The translations under genes were made by a program, and so were the position numbers. Below are positions 32,186 to 48,988 of a stretch of 64,000 bases of DNA, piece after piece. The stretch lies in the NCBI RefSeq assembly GCF_009914755.1, contig NC_060926.1. One strand, written 5' to 3'. The notes beneath the pieces were generated by a model, which was not told the DNA's origin, made no database searches, and saw nothing but the letters and a program-made list of their open reading frames with translations. The stretch comes from the human T2T-CHM13v2.0 reference genome, Homo sapiens. The first letter of the stretch is position 1; every line of letters begins with the position of its first letter.

Positions 32186-35100
32186 CGATGGCAGGCAATG
32201 ATAGAAGTAGCAAAGGGCTTGCTGTAATCTATTTTAATAAGTAGAAGGCATTGTGTACAACAGAATGCCTGACATAATTGTTCAAGATCAAATTAATAGC
32301 CCCATCATCTCAAGTATCTATGCTGCTATGTGACAGATGCATTCCTAGGAAATCTTGCATGATAAAAAAAAATTAATAGACCAAACAGGAATTTTAAATG
32401 CATACCATTATTGTTTCTGAAGAAATTTCAATAATAAAGGTGCTTTCTTATACCCGTAAGTGTATAACTATGAAACCTAAATATTAATGAGCAAATATAG
32501 TATTTTATCATATCAAAAGACCTTTCTTTATTAGTCCTGGCACTACCACTAGCCAGAACTTCTTGCCATTTATATAATCACCGATACAATAAATGGAGCA
32601 GAGCTGCTCAAATAAAGAGTACAATGAGTTTCCCTTTTCAGAGTGGAGAAGCTTCCTAATTAAGACTGCATTGCAAATACATTACCATGTAATGCAAATT
32701 GATGGAATTATAAAAGTCTATACTGTAATTAAAAATTTTTTTCATAAAAAATAAAATGTTAAAGTCACTTACCTGAATTATCAGAAATTGCCAATTAGAC
32801 AAGAAGTAGTTCATGGACTAAGACCCAGAAAAGCTGTATTCTAGATTTGCCAATTCTAACCTTGGGCAAATCATTAAACTTTTCAAGGCTTGAGTTTTCT
32901 CATCCAAGAAATAAAGGGCAGGACTAGACAATTTTTAAGACCTCCCAAATCAATATTTTTATACTCTTTTATTTTTCTTGTCTACAAGGCTATTATTTGT
33001 GTGAAGTTATGTTACTTACTTACTTTGACCTTGAAGTTCAATGTGTCTATTCCCACATAACTTTTCAAATAATTAGAATATAATTTCTTAATATTAAAAT
33101 AATTATAAATCTTGAGTTTTCTTTTACTATTCACAAGACACTTTGGATTTTGCCATGGTCTGTTCTAAATACTGCATAGTAACATGACAAAATTGAATTG
33201 GTTCATTTTTTCATGCAGTTTCTCTGCATTTCACATAGTATGTTTTTAATGACTCTGTAACACCATAATACATTACTACACTTCTAAAGTTCAATAGTTT
33301 ACCCTTACTAATTTTTTGCTTTCATGTCAGAGCCACACTCCCCCCCCGCTTTTTTTTTTTTTTTGGCAGGAATGGAGGCACTAAATAATTGCTTAACAAC
33401 TAAAAATTAATTTTAAATCTCAGATCATGTCGGATCTTTTGACTAAACACAGTACTCCCAATTCCAGGATTTCTTGACTGCGTGCTGGTGAGAAAGAATT
33501 TGACCATCTCACACCAGGTCTTTTTGCTGCCTCTTGCCTTATTTCCCTAAGTGCCTAGGAGTGCTCCCTTATCTTTCTTCTGATTCAAGACACTAGATTG
33601 TATTGTGACACAGATTGATACTTTTCTAGAAACTCACAATTTTAAAAATGATAAAAATTACATGTATAATGATTGAACAACATGACCCTGCATCAGGCAT
33701 TCATTTTCTATTTCATAGCTCAAGTAATGGCATCTAGGAAATAGCACTAGAAAAAAATGCTAGTTTCTAAAAAGTCAAAACAATGAAGTAATTATCAATG
33801 TACAGGAACTTTTCTTTCTAAATGGTTTACATTTCAAACATGCAGAATTGATAAGGTAATTTTTTTTTTCTTGGCCAAACTACAAGCCTCAAATTTGAGG
33901 AATTTCAAGGTAATTAAATGGTGCCACCTATTGGCCAAATGTATCACTGCAGCCTATCTTTTTAAATATAGAGGATGTTCAATAAAGTTGGCAAAATCCT
34001 AAGTGCAAAATTAGAGGTTCTTATCCATTTGAGACAGTCACATTTGTGAATAAATTTTAATGCAATATTTTAAATTAGATAACATATCTCAAATATATAG
34101 CTATTTTGTTGTTAGAAGGTTTGTCCACAAGGGGGGTGTGTGTGTGTATGTATGAATAAGAAATACATATATATGCTCATGAAAAGGACACTCATTGTAG
34201 CATTAGGTTATTTTTCACTCTGAAATGGAGGGGCATACTGGAAAAGCTAATAGCTAAAGGCAATCCTGGACTTACAATAGCTCTTTCTGCTGGTTGGGAC
34301 TAAACAGTACCTACAACACTGGGGATCTAGTATTGGAAATGACTGTAATAGTTTTTTCATACAACTTATGGAATTAGTTAATCTCAGTGATTTTCAGTTA
34401 TCCTTCATAATACAGTATCAGAAAAGGGGTTCTCATAGTAGGCTTCTACAGAGTCTTTAACTTGCCCATGAAAATAAATGTCACTTTAAAATGAAAGCCA
34501 GAATTAATTTAAGAAGCAGGCCACGAGTTCTGGTAGCCCTAAAGAATAAACTGCTTCTTTTTTGCTTTATTGTGACTCTCCTAATTTGTTGAGAGGAATA
34601 TTAGTTGTATCTCTATTTTAGATTCCATGACCAACTTGCAGGTTTTTTTTTTCAATATGCTAAAATATTTTTTGCTTCTTAGAGACACTGTCTTGAATTA
34701 ACATGGACTTTTGGCTAATCTACATAAAACTACACTGTAGGTTAACCTACATTTATTCTAAAAAAACTGTAACATAAATAGAGAGCAATCTAGAAGCCAA
34801 GTGCTCATTCATTTGAGATTAATTGCCTCTTCAGATCACTAATTCATGCTCCAGTGTCCCAGGAGAGTTATTTCCCATGAGTGACCACTTGACTCAGAAG
34901 GTATTTTAACTCATCCAGGCTTCGTACAGGACAAATCTTATTACTGTAACTTAGTTACACGGCCATAAACATAGTTTCCCTTTCTCTTTCTCAGCTTGTT
35001 TACTTAGTACCAGAAGAAAGTCTCCTCTGTGACCACTGGTGACTTAACTCAGTTTGAATGGGCACAAATCCAGCAACTGACAACATTGTGTGACACTGAA

Positions 35101-35708
35101 AATTGAGTTCATATTATTTAAAATAACTTTAAACAAGGGTAAATGAAGTCACATTCACTGTAAGCAAACAAGGAATAGACCTCATGTCCTTCTGCAATCA
35201 AAAAGGGATGTGAAAAATAAAATTCTTATAAAATTGTTGTTGATTTCAATGTCGAAGATCTTAGTCACAAATTTAAAACAAACAGGAGAGATAAAATAGC
35301 AATTAATGAACAGTAACCATGAACCTTCAAAGGCAACAACCTGAAATTATAAACTGATGAGCCATGGAGGCACTATTTAACCCGGGAAGTGCTGCTTTTC
35401 TAGGGTGCTCAAAGCTTGTACTCTTTTTGGCTTTAGTATTTTTTTTAATTTTGAGTCCCTCTACAATTTTACCATTAAAAATAACTGTCATTTGATAGCA
35501 ATGTTGTCATTCACACAGTCACCAGATTCAGCAAATATAAAAAGGAAGACACTAAGATAAATTTGAATTTCAGATACAAATTTTTTTTTAGTATATGTAC
35601 TATTCAATATTTGGGAGACAGGCAGTGTATTTCATTAAATATACTATCACAATTGTGCTGATAAAATAGTGCTACAATTGTAAAACAGGTTAAACTAGTC
35701 TGAAACTA

Positions 35709-36017
35709 TGGTCATGCATATCTTAACTACGGGGATATGTTCTGAGAAATGGGTAGTTAGGAGACTTCATCATTGTGTGAATATCAAGAGTGTACAAAAC
35801 CTGGATTGTATAACCTACTATACACCTGGGTTCTAATAGTATAGGCTATTGCTCCTAGGCTAAAAACCTGTACAGCATGTTACTGTACTGAATACTGTAG
35901 GCAACTGTAACACAATGTTTTTGTGTATCTAAACATAGAAAAGTACAGTAAAAATAGGACTACTATCATATTTGTGGTCCAACCTTGACAGAAACGTTGT
36001 TATATGGTGCATGACTT
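35709..36017. mobile_element. Second Tigger3a-type copy
   Basis: Clearly homologous to 4825-5178 (gttctgagaaat, gctcctaggcta, tatctaaacatagaaaa). Confidence 0.8.
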
Positions 36018-37049
36018 CAATTAAAGATCTCTACACCAGGTTTTTGGATTAAAGCGGATACATGACAAAGCTCCAGTTTGACCTCAACAAATCTAGATTT
36101 ACTCTTCTGAATCATCATTAAGTTGATCAGCATCTAATTCACATCTATTACTGAACATCTATGTGACAGGAACTGTGCTCAACCATTCTTCCTGTAACAA
36201 AACTGGACTTCCTGGCAGGCACTTGTTCGTGAAGTCTGTGACAAGGATGACTTTAAACTATTTAAAAACTACTAAAAATTAAATTTGTAGCAAAATGGCA
36301 TATACAGCTACAACATAAGCTATGAGTACAAACCAGTGTTTAAAAAGTTTAATACCTATTTTTGTACTACTGAATTGCCACTCATTTTAAATAGAGTGGC
36401 AATTTAATGACACAAAATCTTTATACTAGGAGATGTAAGAAGTTGTAACTTAAATATAATCCTATCTACATAAAATTAAAGCAATTAGAGACTCTATTTT
36501 TATATAGAACGAGATCAAAGCAGATTATAGCATTGCAACCCTACCTGTTTAGTCTATTTTCATTTAAAGGAAACAAAGTTAGTGACTATGCCATTTCATA
36601 TAAATACACTGTGCCCAAAATGCAACATTTCATGAAATAACTGAAACAGTGAAAGAACTGTTAGATTGATTGAGAGGAAATCTACATGGATGACTCAATG
36701 TTAGAAACCCTAAGCATGATTTAACTATCCAAGGATTAAGAGGTTCTGGGAAAACTCTTAAAAGCTCTTGGCAAAAATGATCATGCTATAAATAATGTAA
36801 ACCATGTCTAATAACAGTAAGAAAAATAAAATGCTTTGAAAACTTGTTTTATATAATGTAAGCATTAATGTATAATTAAAACTCTAGCTAAACGTTTAAA
36901 AAGAAAATAATTTTGCTTCAAAATTTCCTTTACCTATAAATTTTAGTTCCTTTTTAAAAACTGGACTCAGTTTAAGGGCCCTTTGCTGGCATCATTTATT
37001 TTTGAATAGGTTCTCCCACTATTTTAAGAGTGGATTTGATTGTATTTTT

Positions 37050-38620
<1,571 letters not shown>

Positions 38621-39189
38621 TAGTGACATGGTTTTAACTGATTATAATTTCCAGTAATGAATGGAAGACAAATGCTCAAAGTCTCAAAAAACAAAAAATG
38701 CTCAAAGCCTTAAGTCTACATAATTAAGTTACAGTTTACATGTATTCTAAGAGGGCAATGAAAACCCTATGAAAAACTTTAAAATATCCTGGTTAGGAAT
38801 GAGAGGATAACAGGAAAGTTATTACTGCATATTCAATGGTGTGTTTAAGTTAGTAGGAAATTGGGTCCTTACTTTCCAAGTATGGGAGGCAAGATTTAAG
38901 ACAAAAAAATATAAAGGAACTGTGTACAAAATCGTGTGGTGGAGACCAAGTACTATATAAATTAAGGAAAAGACCAGTGAGGGATGAAGAGCCAGGAAAG
39001 GTTTCATAGAGGAAGTGTGACTCAAATCCTTGAATTGATTTAGGCCTGATTAGGTCTCTCTTAATGCAAAATATTAGAGCCTTCATTCTTTTCTATAGCT
39101 CCTTAATACATTAAATAGATTAGCAAATCTTACTCTTATTTCCTTAGATGCCTCTAATCCACCAACTATTACTGAGTTTTAGGACCGAC

Positions 39190-39620
39190 CAGAGGTTCTA
39201 ACCCTGAATGCACACTGAAACACCTGGGAAACCCTTAAAAAGTACTTAGGTCCAAACCTCATCAGACTAATGATATCAATATGTGGGTGTGAGGCCAACT
39301 CATCAGTACTAAATGCCCTCAGGGGATCTAAATGTACAGTTAAAGTTGAGGACTTTGAATCAGTGGTTCTCAACCCCAGTGATAAAGTTGTCAGATAAAA
39401 TTCAGAACACCTGGTTAAATTTGACTTCTGATAAGTATTTTGTCCCATAGGAGAAATATAGCAATAACGGAAGACATTTTTGTCATAACCATGGCTTGCT
39501 GTTGGTATCTAATAAGCAGAAACTAGGGAATGCTGCTAAACTTCCTACAATGTCTAGGAGAGCCCACACAACAAAGACTGGTTCAAGACGTCAATAGTGC
39601 AGAAGTGGATAAACCCTCCT
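39190..39620. mobile_element. Cluster of hAT non-autonomous elements (MER5-, MER20- and MER53-like)
   Basis: cagtggttctcaacc terminus; gtcaatagtgc...gataaaccct end; MER5-like sequence to the left. Confidence 0.55.
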
Positions 39621-42100
39621 TGTGACAACAGTCACAAGGAGAATATAGAGTTGGAACTAAAAAGAGAGTTTTGTTCAAATGTAAGGACTAGGTTGATATT
39701 ACAAGTAACAGAAGCCCAAGAAAGACATGAAGGTTTTAAACTTGAAGCTAGAGAACTATTGTTTGAAGTCTAGCATTCTATAATTGAATTTTTAGATACA
39801 TGTTTCAGTAAATTTTCAAAGAAACTAAAAGCACATAGCGTTCAATGTAATGAATTCCTAAGTTTATGAAGTGGCAGCATTATCAGTTAACCCAAAAGTT
39901 CTTTCACTTTAAATTCTGCAACTCTTTGATATTTTTAATCAGACACTTAATAGACTTCTTGATTATGACCATGAAGTGAATATAGAAAAGAAATATATAT
40001 AACTAATGGACTCTTGGCCAAGTCCCAGTGCTGGGTCTTAACACTAGCTGTGTGACCTGATGCAAATGCTCCTGTTTCCCATTTTGTCTACCATAAAATG
40101 AGGAATGTGGATGACATGATCTGAAAGATCTCTTTCAGCATTTAATTTCTATGTGCTTGATAAATTTTCATCTATGTAACCAGCATCCAAGAACAAAAAT
40201 TCCTAAGTTCTTGTGAAAACATAACTTTAACAAATAAACTTTTATTCAGTGACAGATCTAATAGTAATTTCAATGGCTCAGTCTTATTTTTTTAAAAGGT
40301 AGCAAATTTATGTTTAAGATATATAATTTTACAAATCCTTTCTTGTCCACAAGGTCCTGATCAAGTGAACAGTTACCTGAGGTGTTTTTTTCTGTGGTAC
40401 ATAATAGTCAACCACTTTATATTATTATCATTCAGTAAGAGTTCCTTGAGTTATATTTCTAAAACCTGAATCTTGCCATAATACTTCAGAAAAAAAAGTT
40501 TTTAATTAACAGTTACTGCTGATCATATTTGTTTCTGGAAATCCTGTTAAAAAGCAAGTTGATAAAGAGTCTCGTCACCATGTACCCTATCTCAGTACAA
40601 CAGAATGCACAGACTTAGTCACCTATAGGGAATAAGTATCATTTTCGATCAGTAAGTGACACTTCCTAATTGTTAAAGCAAATGTTGAAATTTCAAGGGA
40701 ACTTGCCTTAAAGAATGGTGCAAGGTAGGAAATGGCTGAATAAGCAAAATACACATTAGAAATAATGAGAGTGGTGCAAGGTACTTGACCAAATTCTGTA
40801 TTGTGTAACGCTGTCCTCTGTACTGTGGGACGTTCAGCACTAACCCTGTCCTCTACCTACTAAGTTCTGTAGCACAACTCCCCCATGTCCCTCCAAATTA
40901 TGAAAATAAAAAATGTCTCCAGACATTGCTAAATTTCCCTTGAGGGGCAAAGCTGCCCCAATTCAGAAGCAATGAGAAGGCAAAAACTAGGCAAACAAAT
41001 TTGATACCATATACGATAACAGGAATTAATTTCACAATGTTGAGTAAAAGCAGCCAGACACTGAAGCGAACACATTATACAGTTTCATATATATATGTAA
41101 AATGTGTGTGTGTATATATACATGTGTATGTGTGTCTACGTATATATAAAGCGTCAAAACAGGCAAAACCAACCTATACTGTACAAGGAAACCTGGACAG
41201 TGGTTACTCACGGAAAGGGCAAGGGCTGGGGAGCATGTAGTACCTAGAAGGGAGCAGGATGAGTGTGTTTGAGTATTCTGTGTTTTGATCTGGGTGCTGG
41301 TTACACACATAAAAATTTATTGAGCACATATGATGTGCATATATATATATATATACACTTCAATAAATGTTCTTCTAAATGCTGTGGCAATCACTACACT
41401 TCATCATTTCAAAATAAATGAAAACTTTCTAGTTCTAGATCGTAAGCAACACCTCTTATCAAATGACATGTTAACTAAGCTAGGGGTTTTAAAACAAGGT
41501 GTGATTAAAAAGTTATCTCCATGTAGTCCTTTTCAAAACAGGCATTTCATGCAAAGAAGAAAAAACAGAAAAAAATCTATTTCAATTCATTTTGTGGAAG
41601 TTACATTTACTCCTTAGATCTGCCTATTCCTATTTGCAAAAGCTTCAAAAATGAAAGATGAAGTTTATGATGCTGTAAAAACAAGCTCTGTCTCAAATGA
41701 GGCACCTCTGTAAAGTACTGCAGTTTCCACCTATTGCTAAAATTGAAAAATAAATTTGTCAGTTAAGGCATAGTTCTATTTGTCTGTCTCAACTCAGGAG
41801 TTAAGAGAGAATTACCTTTTTAGTAGGGATAAGGACAAGACTCATATGCGTTTAAAGATGTATTATCCTTCTTCTTCTTTTCCTGAACATAAATTATTTC
41901 AAAGTAATACTCAGACTGGTACCCCAACACTTAATAGACAATAAAGATAAAAGAAAATTTGAAAAAGTCTACAATGAATCCAAAATTCTCAATTGCATTA
42001 AAAAGAATTTTAAAAAGATTAATATAGAAACTTAAGAATCAATAATGGTATTTAAAAAATACTGTAATGAAAACACACATTATTGTAACCAAATGTGTGA

Positions 42101-42106
42101 TTTATT
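42101..42106 (-). terminator. MMADHC polyadenylation signal AATAAA
   Basis: tttatt on the + strand, ~315 nt after the stop codon, followed on the minus strand by a GU-rich element (atgtgtgttttc, ~42069-42080). Confidence 0.75.
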
Positions 42107-42419
42107 TTGGGAAGAAAATAATTAAAACTGAGGCCTTTTTCCAATAAAGAGGAGAAATAACAATAGCAGATCATACCCTGGTTACAAGCTAATTACCACA
42201 TCCTATACAATGTGGATGTGTTCAACGTGTATTCAATGATATGAATAAATGAACATTTGCAATTTTAAAATCCCAAATCACTTGCCAATGTTGTAAATTC
42301 ATAAATGCTGAAATAAATACTTAGAAATAAGTATATTTTAAAAACTTTAGTCTGACAGTGTTTATAGATCAACCCAAATATTACATACAAATAGTACAGC
42401 AAATGAATGGATATTTCTG

Positions 42420-42659
<240 letters not shown>

Positions 42660-43530
42660 TTAGTAATAATTTTTAGGTAAACATGAACACCTATCTACTT
42701 TAATACTCCAAATATTTAAAAAACTAAATAAGTAAAAAGTCACATGCAACACTTAAACCGCCTTAATATCCCTTTCCTCCAATTCCTATGCATTCTGGAA
42801 ATCTGAAATGATCTAGCAAATTACATGTTACCTAGAATCAAATGCATAATATTGCATCCTTTGAAGATGGAATAAACCCTAGACAATTATTTACAGTTCA
42901 CCATCATTTTCAAGACAAGGAAACTAAAGCCCAAGCAAAAGTTTTCCATTTCTCGATTATATCTTATTTGACTTTGAGAAGAAATGGTATATATTCCTAT
43001 CTTAAGATTCAAAAAATGATTTAATTACTACTTGTTACAGAAAGATATATCCAGAATTTAAAATGTGACTACAGTGGTAGTTCAGTTATTTCTTCAAAGT
43101 ATAACCTTATAAATGTTAATTTCCAAAAATTTACTGGTCTAAGTATTTATTTTTACCACCTGTATTTTACTCAATTAATTCTAAGAATAATTATTTCTTC
43201 CTTACAGAAACTAGACTGTACCAATTTATAATTTTCAACATATAAAATAAACACACTAATTCAATGCAAATCAAATATATAATATCTACTAGTGAGAGCA
43301 GAAAGTAAAAACATTTTTAATTAAAAAAATTAAAGTGATGGAGAAACTTAACTGTGAGTGATAGAGGTCTCTCAAAAGTTGAGAATTCAACTGACTCACA
43401 GTAGTATTTCTTTGGGTAAAATTGTGAGATTTTTAAAAAGTCTTAATCTATTACCAAAGTTATAAACACATTTTATAATAAAAATCATCTCTACTTCATA
43501 TAATCTGATTTTCAAATGATAATTACTCAC

Positions 43531-43617
43531 TGCCAAACCAGATGATGGGTCAATAAAGTCAGCCCAATAACCCTCAGCTCGAAGAGCATAGCAAATTTCC
43601 TTAGCACCATTGATGAA
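43531..43617 (-). CDS. MMADHC: MMADHC exon 7 (87 nt; [29 protein letters not shown])
   Basis: ttgcag|TTC acceptor and GCA|gtgagt donor; ORF track 43396..43623. Confidence 0.97.
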
Positions 43618-44008
43618 CTGCAATGGAAGTCACAAATAATATGCTTAAGATAGCATTACTAGAGATTGTTTTATTTTTAAATAAAATTTTAAGTGACTAT
43701 CTTGTTTCAGAAAAGAACTCAAGATTAATAAAAAAATAAAAACCAATGGCAAATTAGACTGTAAAGGCGTAAGATTCTTTTCACCATTCCAGAAGATTAA
43801 TGGTTAACACAACACTTTATTTCAAAAAGACTAAATTCTGTACTTTTTCTTCTGAATTCTTTCTTTCTTTACGAACTACTTCTAATGAGTTCTGTACTAC
43901 TAACTTCTGAATCTGTCATAAACTATCAACTATGGTTGCTATTTTGTATTACTATGGTGATAACAGAAATAGGTAAAATACTAAATAGGTATTTTAATAG
44001 AAATAGGT

Positions 44009-44297
<289 letters not shown>

Positions 44298-44619
44298 TCA
44301 TTCGTTTAAATGAAAGTTGTTTAAAAACATTTACTTGTTTGTGTGTCCTTCAGTATACATCTATCTACTCACATAGTCATGAAATAATTCTGAAAAGACA
44401 CATAAAAATAATATAACCTGGTAAATGATGTACAGAGTTAAACAAGGTACTTGCTTTTCATTATATACTCTTCTCTGTTTTTTGTATAGTGTACAATTAC
44501 TACTACCATGTGCATATATAAAAATTTTGGTCTTACCATCCTAATTTATAAGATATTTTATTAGCTTTATCAGAAGTCTAAGTAGTGAAAAGACAGTAAC
44601 AAATATTAAGACCAGATTA

Positions 44620-44793
<174 letters not shown>

Positions 44794-45551
44794 TCAAGGG
44801 CACAGTTCCACTTCTGGCCATAACAGAGTTAACAGGTACTGAACTCACCATCCTGTTGTAAAACTATAAAACTGATCAAAATACACAAGTTAACTATTTT
44901 TGGACCCTGAACAACAGGTGAGACAAGACTATAATCTTTGAGAGAAGGGAAACAAATGAAGTAATCCCTATATCTGCTCTAGCTTTCTGTCTGTGGACAT
45001 TTGCCTGTCACAGGGCAAAGAACTAGAGCCCAAGCAAAGTAATGGTGTCACTGGAGCTGAGGAGATAGAAAGCAAGAGTTCTAGACAGCTGAGGCACCTG
45101 GCAAGGTACTGGAAAAGGAGGAGATACATAAAATGGGCTCCTGAGTTAGTCTGCAGAACTATTCACCAGGGTTTCTTAGCTAAGGGCTGAGCTGTGCACT
45201 CATGAGGCAAGATTCCAAGAGGCCTAGAAATCCATGTGTCACGCAGTGCTGGGACACATGGATTTCCAACCCACCCAGAATGAAAAGACCTTACTGACCA
45301 ACTCTGGTATTTCAGCTGAGATCTCCAGAAGTCCAAGCCTTACAAATCAAGACTATATTGTAATTCAGAGGTTAGTAAGCTACAGCCCAAGGGCCAAATC
45401 TGATCCGGTGCCTGTTTGGATAAACAGTTTTACTGGACACAGCCATGGCAATTCATTTACATATTGTCTACAGATGCTTTAACACAAGGGTAGAGCTGGG
45501 TAGCTGAGACCCTAGGGCCTATAAAAGCTAAAATATTTACTATTTGGCCCT

Positions 45552-46009
45552 TGTTAAACAAATTTTATGGGAGCTCCTTGTTTTGAACTAGCCTCCTGCA
45601 CTAGGTCGCAGGAGATGAGACCAAACCACAATGGGGTCACTCATGCTAGGTACCGCCTAATCGAACTGAATTCTGAAACAGACTAGTTTTCAAACAAACA
45701 AACAAACAAACAACAAAAAACCCAGGAGATTCACAGCATCCAATCATAATGGGCCTAGTTTACCTGAGCCAGCATAAGAAAGCCACCTGTGTTTTAACCC
45801 TGTAAGGAAAGTAACTTTGAAAGGAACAATCTGCTTCTTGTTTCCTATTTCTGCTTTCTCCAGCCCTTTGCCGCCTATAAAGCCAACCTCCTCTGCTTAG
45901 CTGTTTGTAACACTCAAATCTATTTTACAGAATGAGGCGTTGCTTAATTCTAGAATTTGAAATAAAAATCAATTAGATCTTTAAATTTGTTATAATTTGT
46001 CTTTTAACA
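45552..46009 (+). mobile_element. ERV1-class solo LTR inserted in a MER58-type element
   Basis: TGTTAAA...TTTAACA termini; 4-bp TSD CCCT at 45548-45551 and 46010-46013; TATAAA at 45876; AATAAA at 45961. Confidence 0.88.
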
Positions 46010-47250
46010 CCCTTTATAGAAAAAGTTATTTGATCTAAGGTAACTTTTCTCTTAATACTTTCTTATAAACTAACAATAACCATTAAGATAATACTGTATT
46101 CTTTAGATTATCTTCCATATTTAATATTTATTGCTGTATTTTATTAATCCTCATAATTCTTAAAAATAGAAAACTACTGAATATGGCTTAGAAAATAGTC
46201 ATTAGAATGTATTTCAATTTAATGAACAGATGTGTCATACATAAACACTACAAGGAGAGCAAAACAATGAAATGCGATCAAATGTTTACAAAGGTTAACT
46301 GAAAGAATCTCAAATTAAAACAAAAAAACCAGCTGAAGTATTTTTCTTAGGATTTCTGTTCACCAACACTGACATCTGCTGGAAAAAATTAGAACAGATT
46401 TAAACCATAAAATATCAAATATTTACTTGGAGAGCTAGGTGTGGTTCCAAAATAATCATGAAGAAATCTTTAAAAAAAAAAATCTTTTTTCACAGAAAAT
46501 AAAATAGCTTCAGTCATTACAAAATTAAAACTCTCAAGATGAAGCACGTTGCCATTCAAACTGGTTATAGGAAACTTAGAACTATACTGGAGTCAGTATC
46601 AAATTAGGTTCAGAATCTTAAACTGACCAAAAATTAGAACCACTAATGCAATATACATGTGACAATATACTAGCACTTCAATGATAGTGATGAGTATATA
46701 TTTACTAAGCATTATTTTAATATGTAAATAGAAAATATCCTATAACTCTCTATAACTCCCTTGTTAATTAGTATATAACTAATATGCTTGTGATTGTTAA
46801 AAACCACACGAAATCTATTAGCAGTTATGTGACATTTAAATGTGAAATTATAATATTGTTGAATATGTAAATTACAATATACTTTTACAAATAAAGACCA
46901 TACATCTAATCCCAAATATAAAATACTTCCTAACATCCTACACAGGAATCACTAAAGGGATTTTTTAACTCAAGTTAGTGACTTGGGCCCCTTAGCTAAC
47001 CTGAGTTGGAAAGAACTGCTAACACCCAGGGTAAGCTAGCATGACAGCTTATATACTAGAACAGTCTTTTTGATGGGCAAATTGGAAGTGTCTTATCAAA
47101 ATTTAAAATGTAGATACACACTGATTCAGCAATTCTCTATTTAGGAATCTATAGATATTAGCATGCATAAAAGTATTTGTAAAAAGACTGTCACTGCTTG
47201 TTGCCTATAATAGCAAAAGTTGGATTTTAAACTTATAAATGACTAAGAAA

Positions 47251-47537
47251 CTTCTTTTATAAGAGATGGTAGGTATCACTTTGTCGCTCAGGCTGAAGGG
47301 CAGTAGCACCATCAAGGCTCACTACAGCCTCGACCTCTCAGGCTCCAGTGATCCGCCACCTCAGCCTCCAGAGTAGCTGGGACTACAGGTGCGCACCACT
47401 AAACCTGGATAATTTTTTTTGTAGAGACAGGGTCTCACTACAGTGCCCAGGTTGGTCTCAAACTCCTGGATTCAAGCAATCCTCCAGCCTCAGCCTCCCA
47501 AAGTGTTAGAATTACAGGCGTGAGCCACTGCACCCAG
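47251..47537 (-). mobile_element. AluJ in intron 6
   Basis: Diverged Alu dimer. Confidence 0.88.
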
Positions 47538-48108
47538 TTAAAATTCTTAAATAAATTAAAAAGTTTATGGTTTACCCTGTGATATTAATACTATGCAGAT
47601 TTTATAAAGAATGAAATATATCTATGTGTAAGCATGGAAACATGTCAAAGCATACTTTAGGTTAAAAGCAAACCACAGAAAAAAATGTGGGTATACATTA
47701 TTACACTATTATTGTACTGCATACTGTTACTGTTTACTCTTGGAGAGAACTGGCATAATTTTCACTCTTTATTTTGACATGTTCTAAGCCCAGGAGAAAG
47801 GGGATAGATTTGGAGGGGAAGATGGGGAGATGAAGGGGGAGATGGAGAAGGAGAGGGAGGGGGAGGCTGAGGGGAGAAGGATAAAGAGTTAATTTTACCT
47901 TTTTGTCATTTACCAAATTTTCCAAAATAGACTTTTTAAAAATAAATTGAGGAAAGTAATAAACAGAATCTAAACTTTTAAGGATACTAAAAAGCTGCAC
48001 TTTTACTCTCAAAAAAGATGTAAGTCCTTTAGTATTATAATACTTTGGCAGAAAATGAATAAAGGGTGGAAATGACAGTCATCATTTTAAGACATTGGTT
48101 CACTATTA

Positions 48109-48417
<309 letters not shown>

Positions 48418-48862
48418 TTATAAATGTATGTTATTTTTGAAAAGGGTAAAATTCACTTAGTTTTGTTTACTTCTGCTTTTGTTGGATGAACTGAAATATT
48501 ACTACCAACAATCCTGAAGGGTAAGTAGGATTACACGTTATTTGGGGTTAATATAATTTTCAAAAATGCTTACTGTTAAGATTTTTCCGTATTATATTAA
48601 CTCATAAAATTATAACTCTAATAATCACCCAGGAGTAAAAATGACTTTAATTTAGCCTTAGGAAAAAAGTTATTAAAAATTTTACTCTTCCTATCTAATG
48701 GCAGCATGAGGTCAGATGTCACAGGACATTTCAAAGCCTTTATCTTGGCCATGCAATCATTTCCAGCCAGATACGGTAAAATATAATATTAAGGTATACA
48801 GCGTTCCAATTTCTATAGAGTACATTATTCAACATATTAAAAAAATTAGTAACAGTGTTTCA

Positions 48863-48988
<126 letters not shown>

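Noticed and set aside
40715-40784. 12-bp direct repeat tggtgcaaggta
   Set aside because: No A tail or endonuclease-site context; too short to distinguish from chance or slippage.
48690-48815. Possible cryptic coding exon in intron 5
   Set aside because: The candidate acceptor has a weak pyrimidine tract, the continuing frame stops after ~18 codons, and there is no convincing donor.
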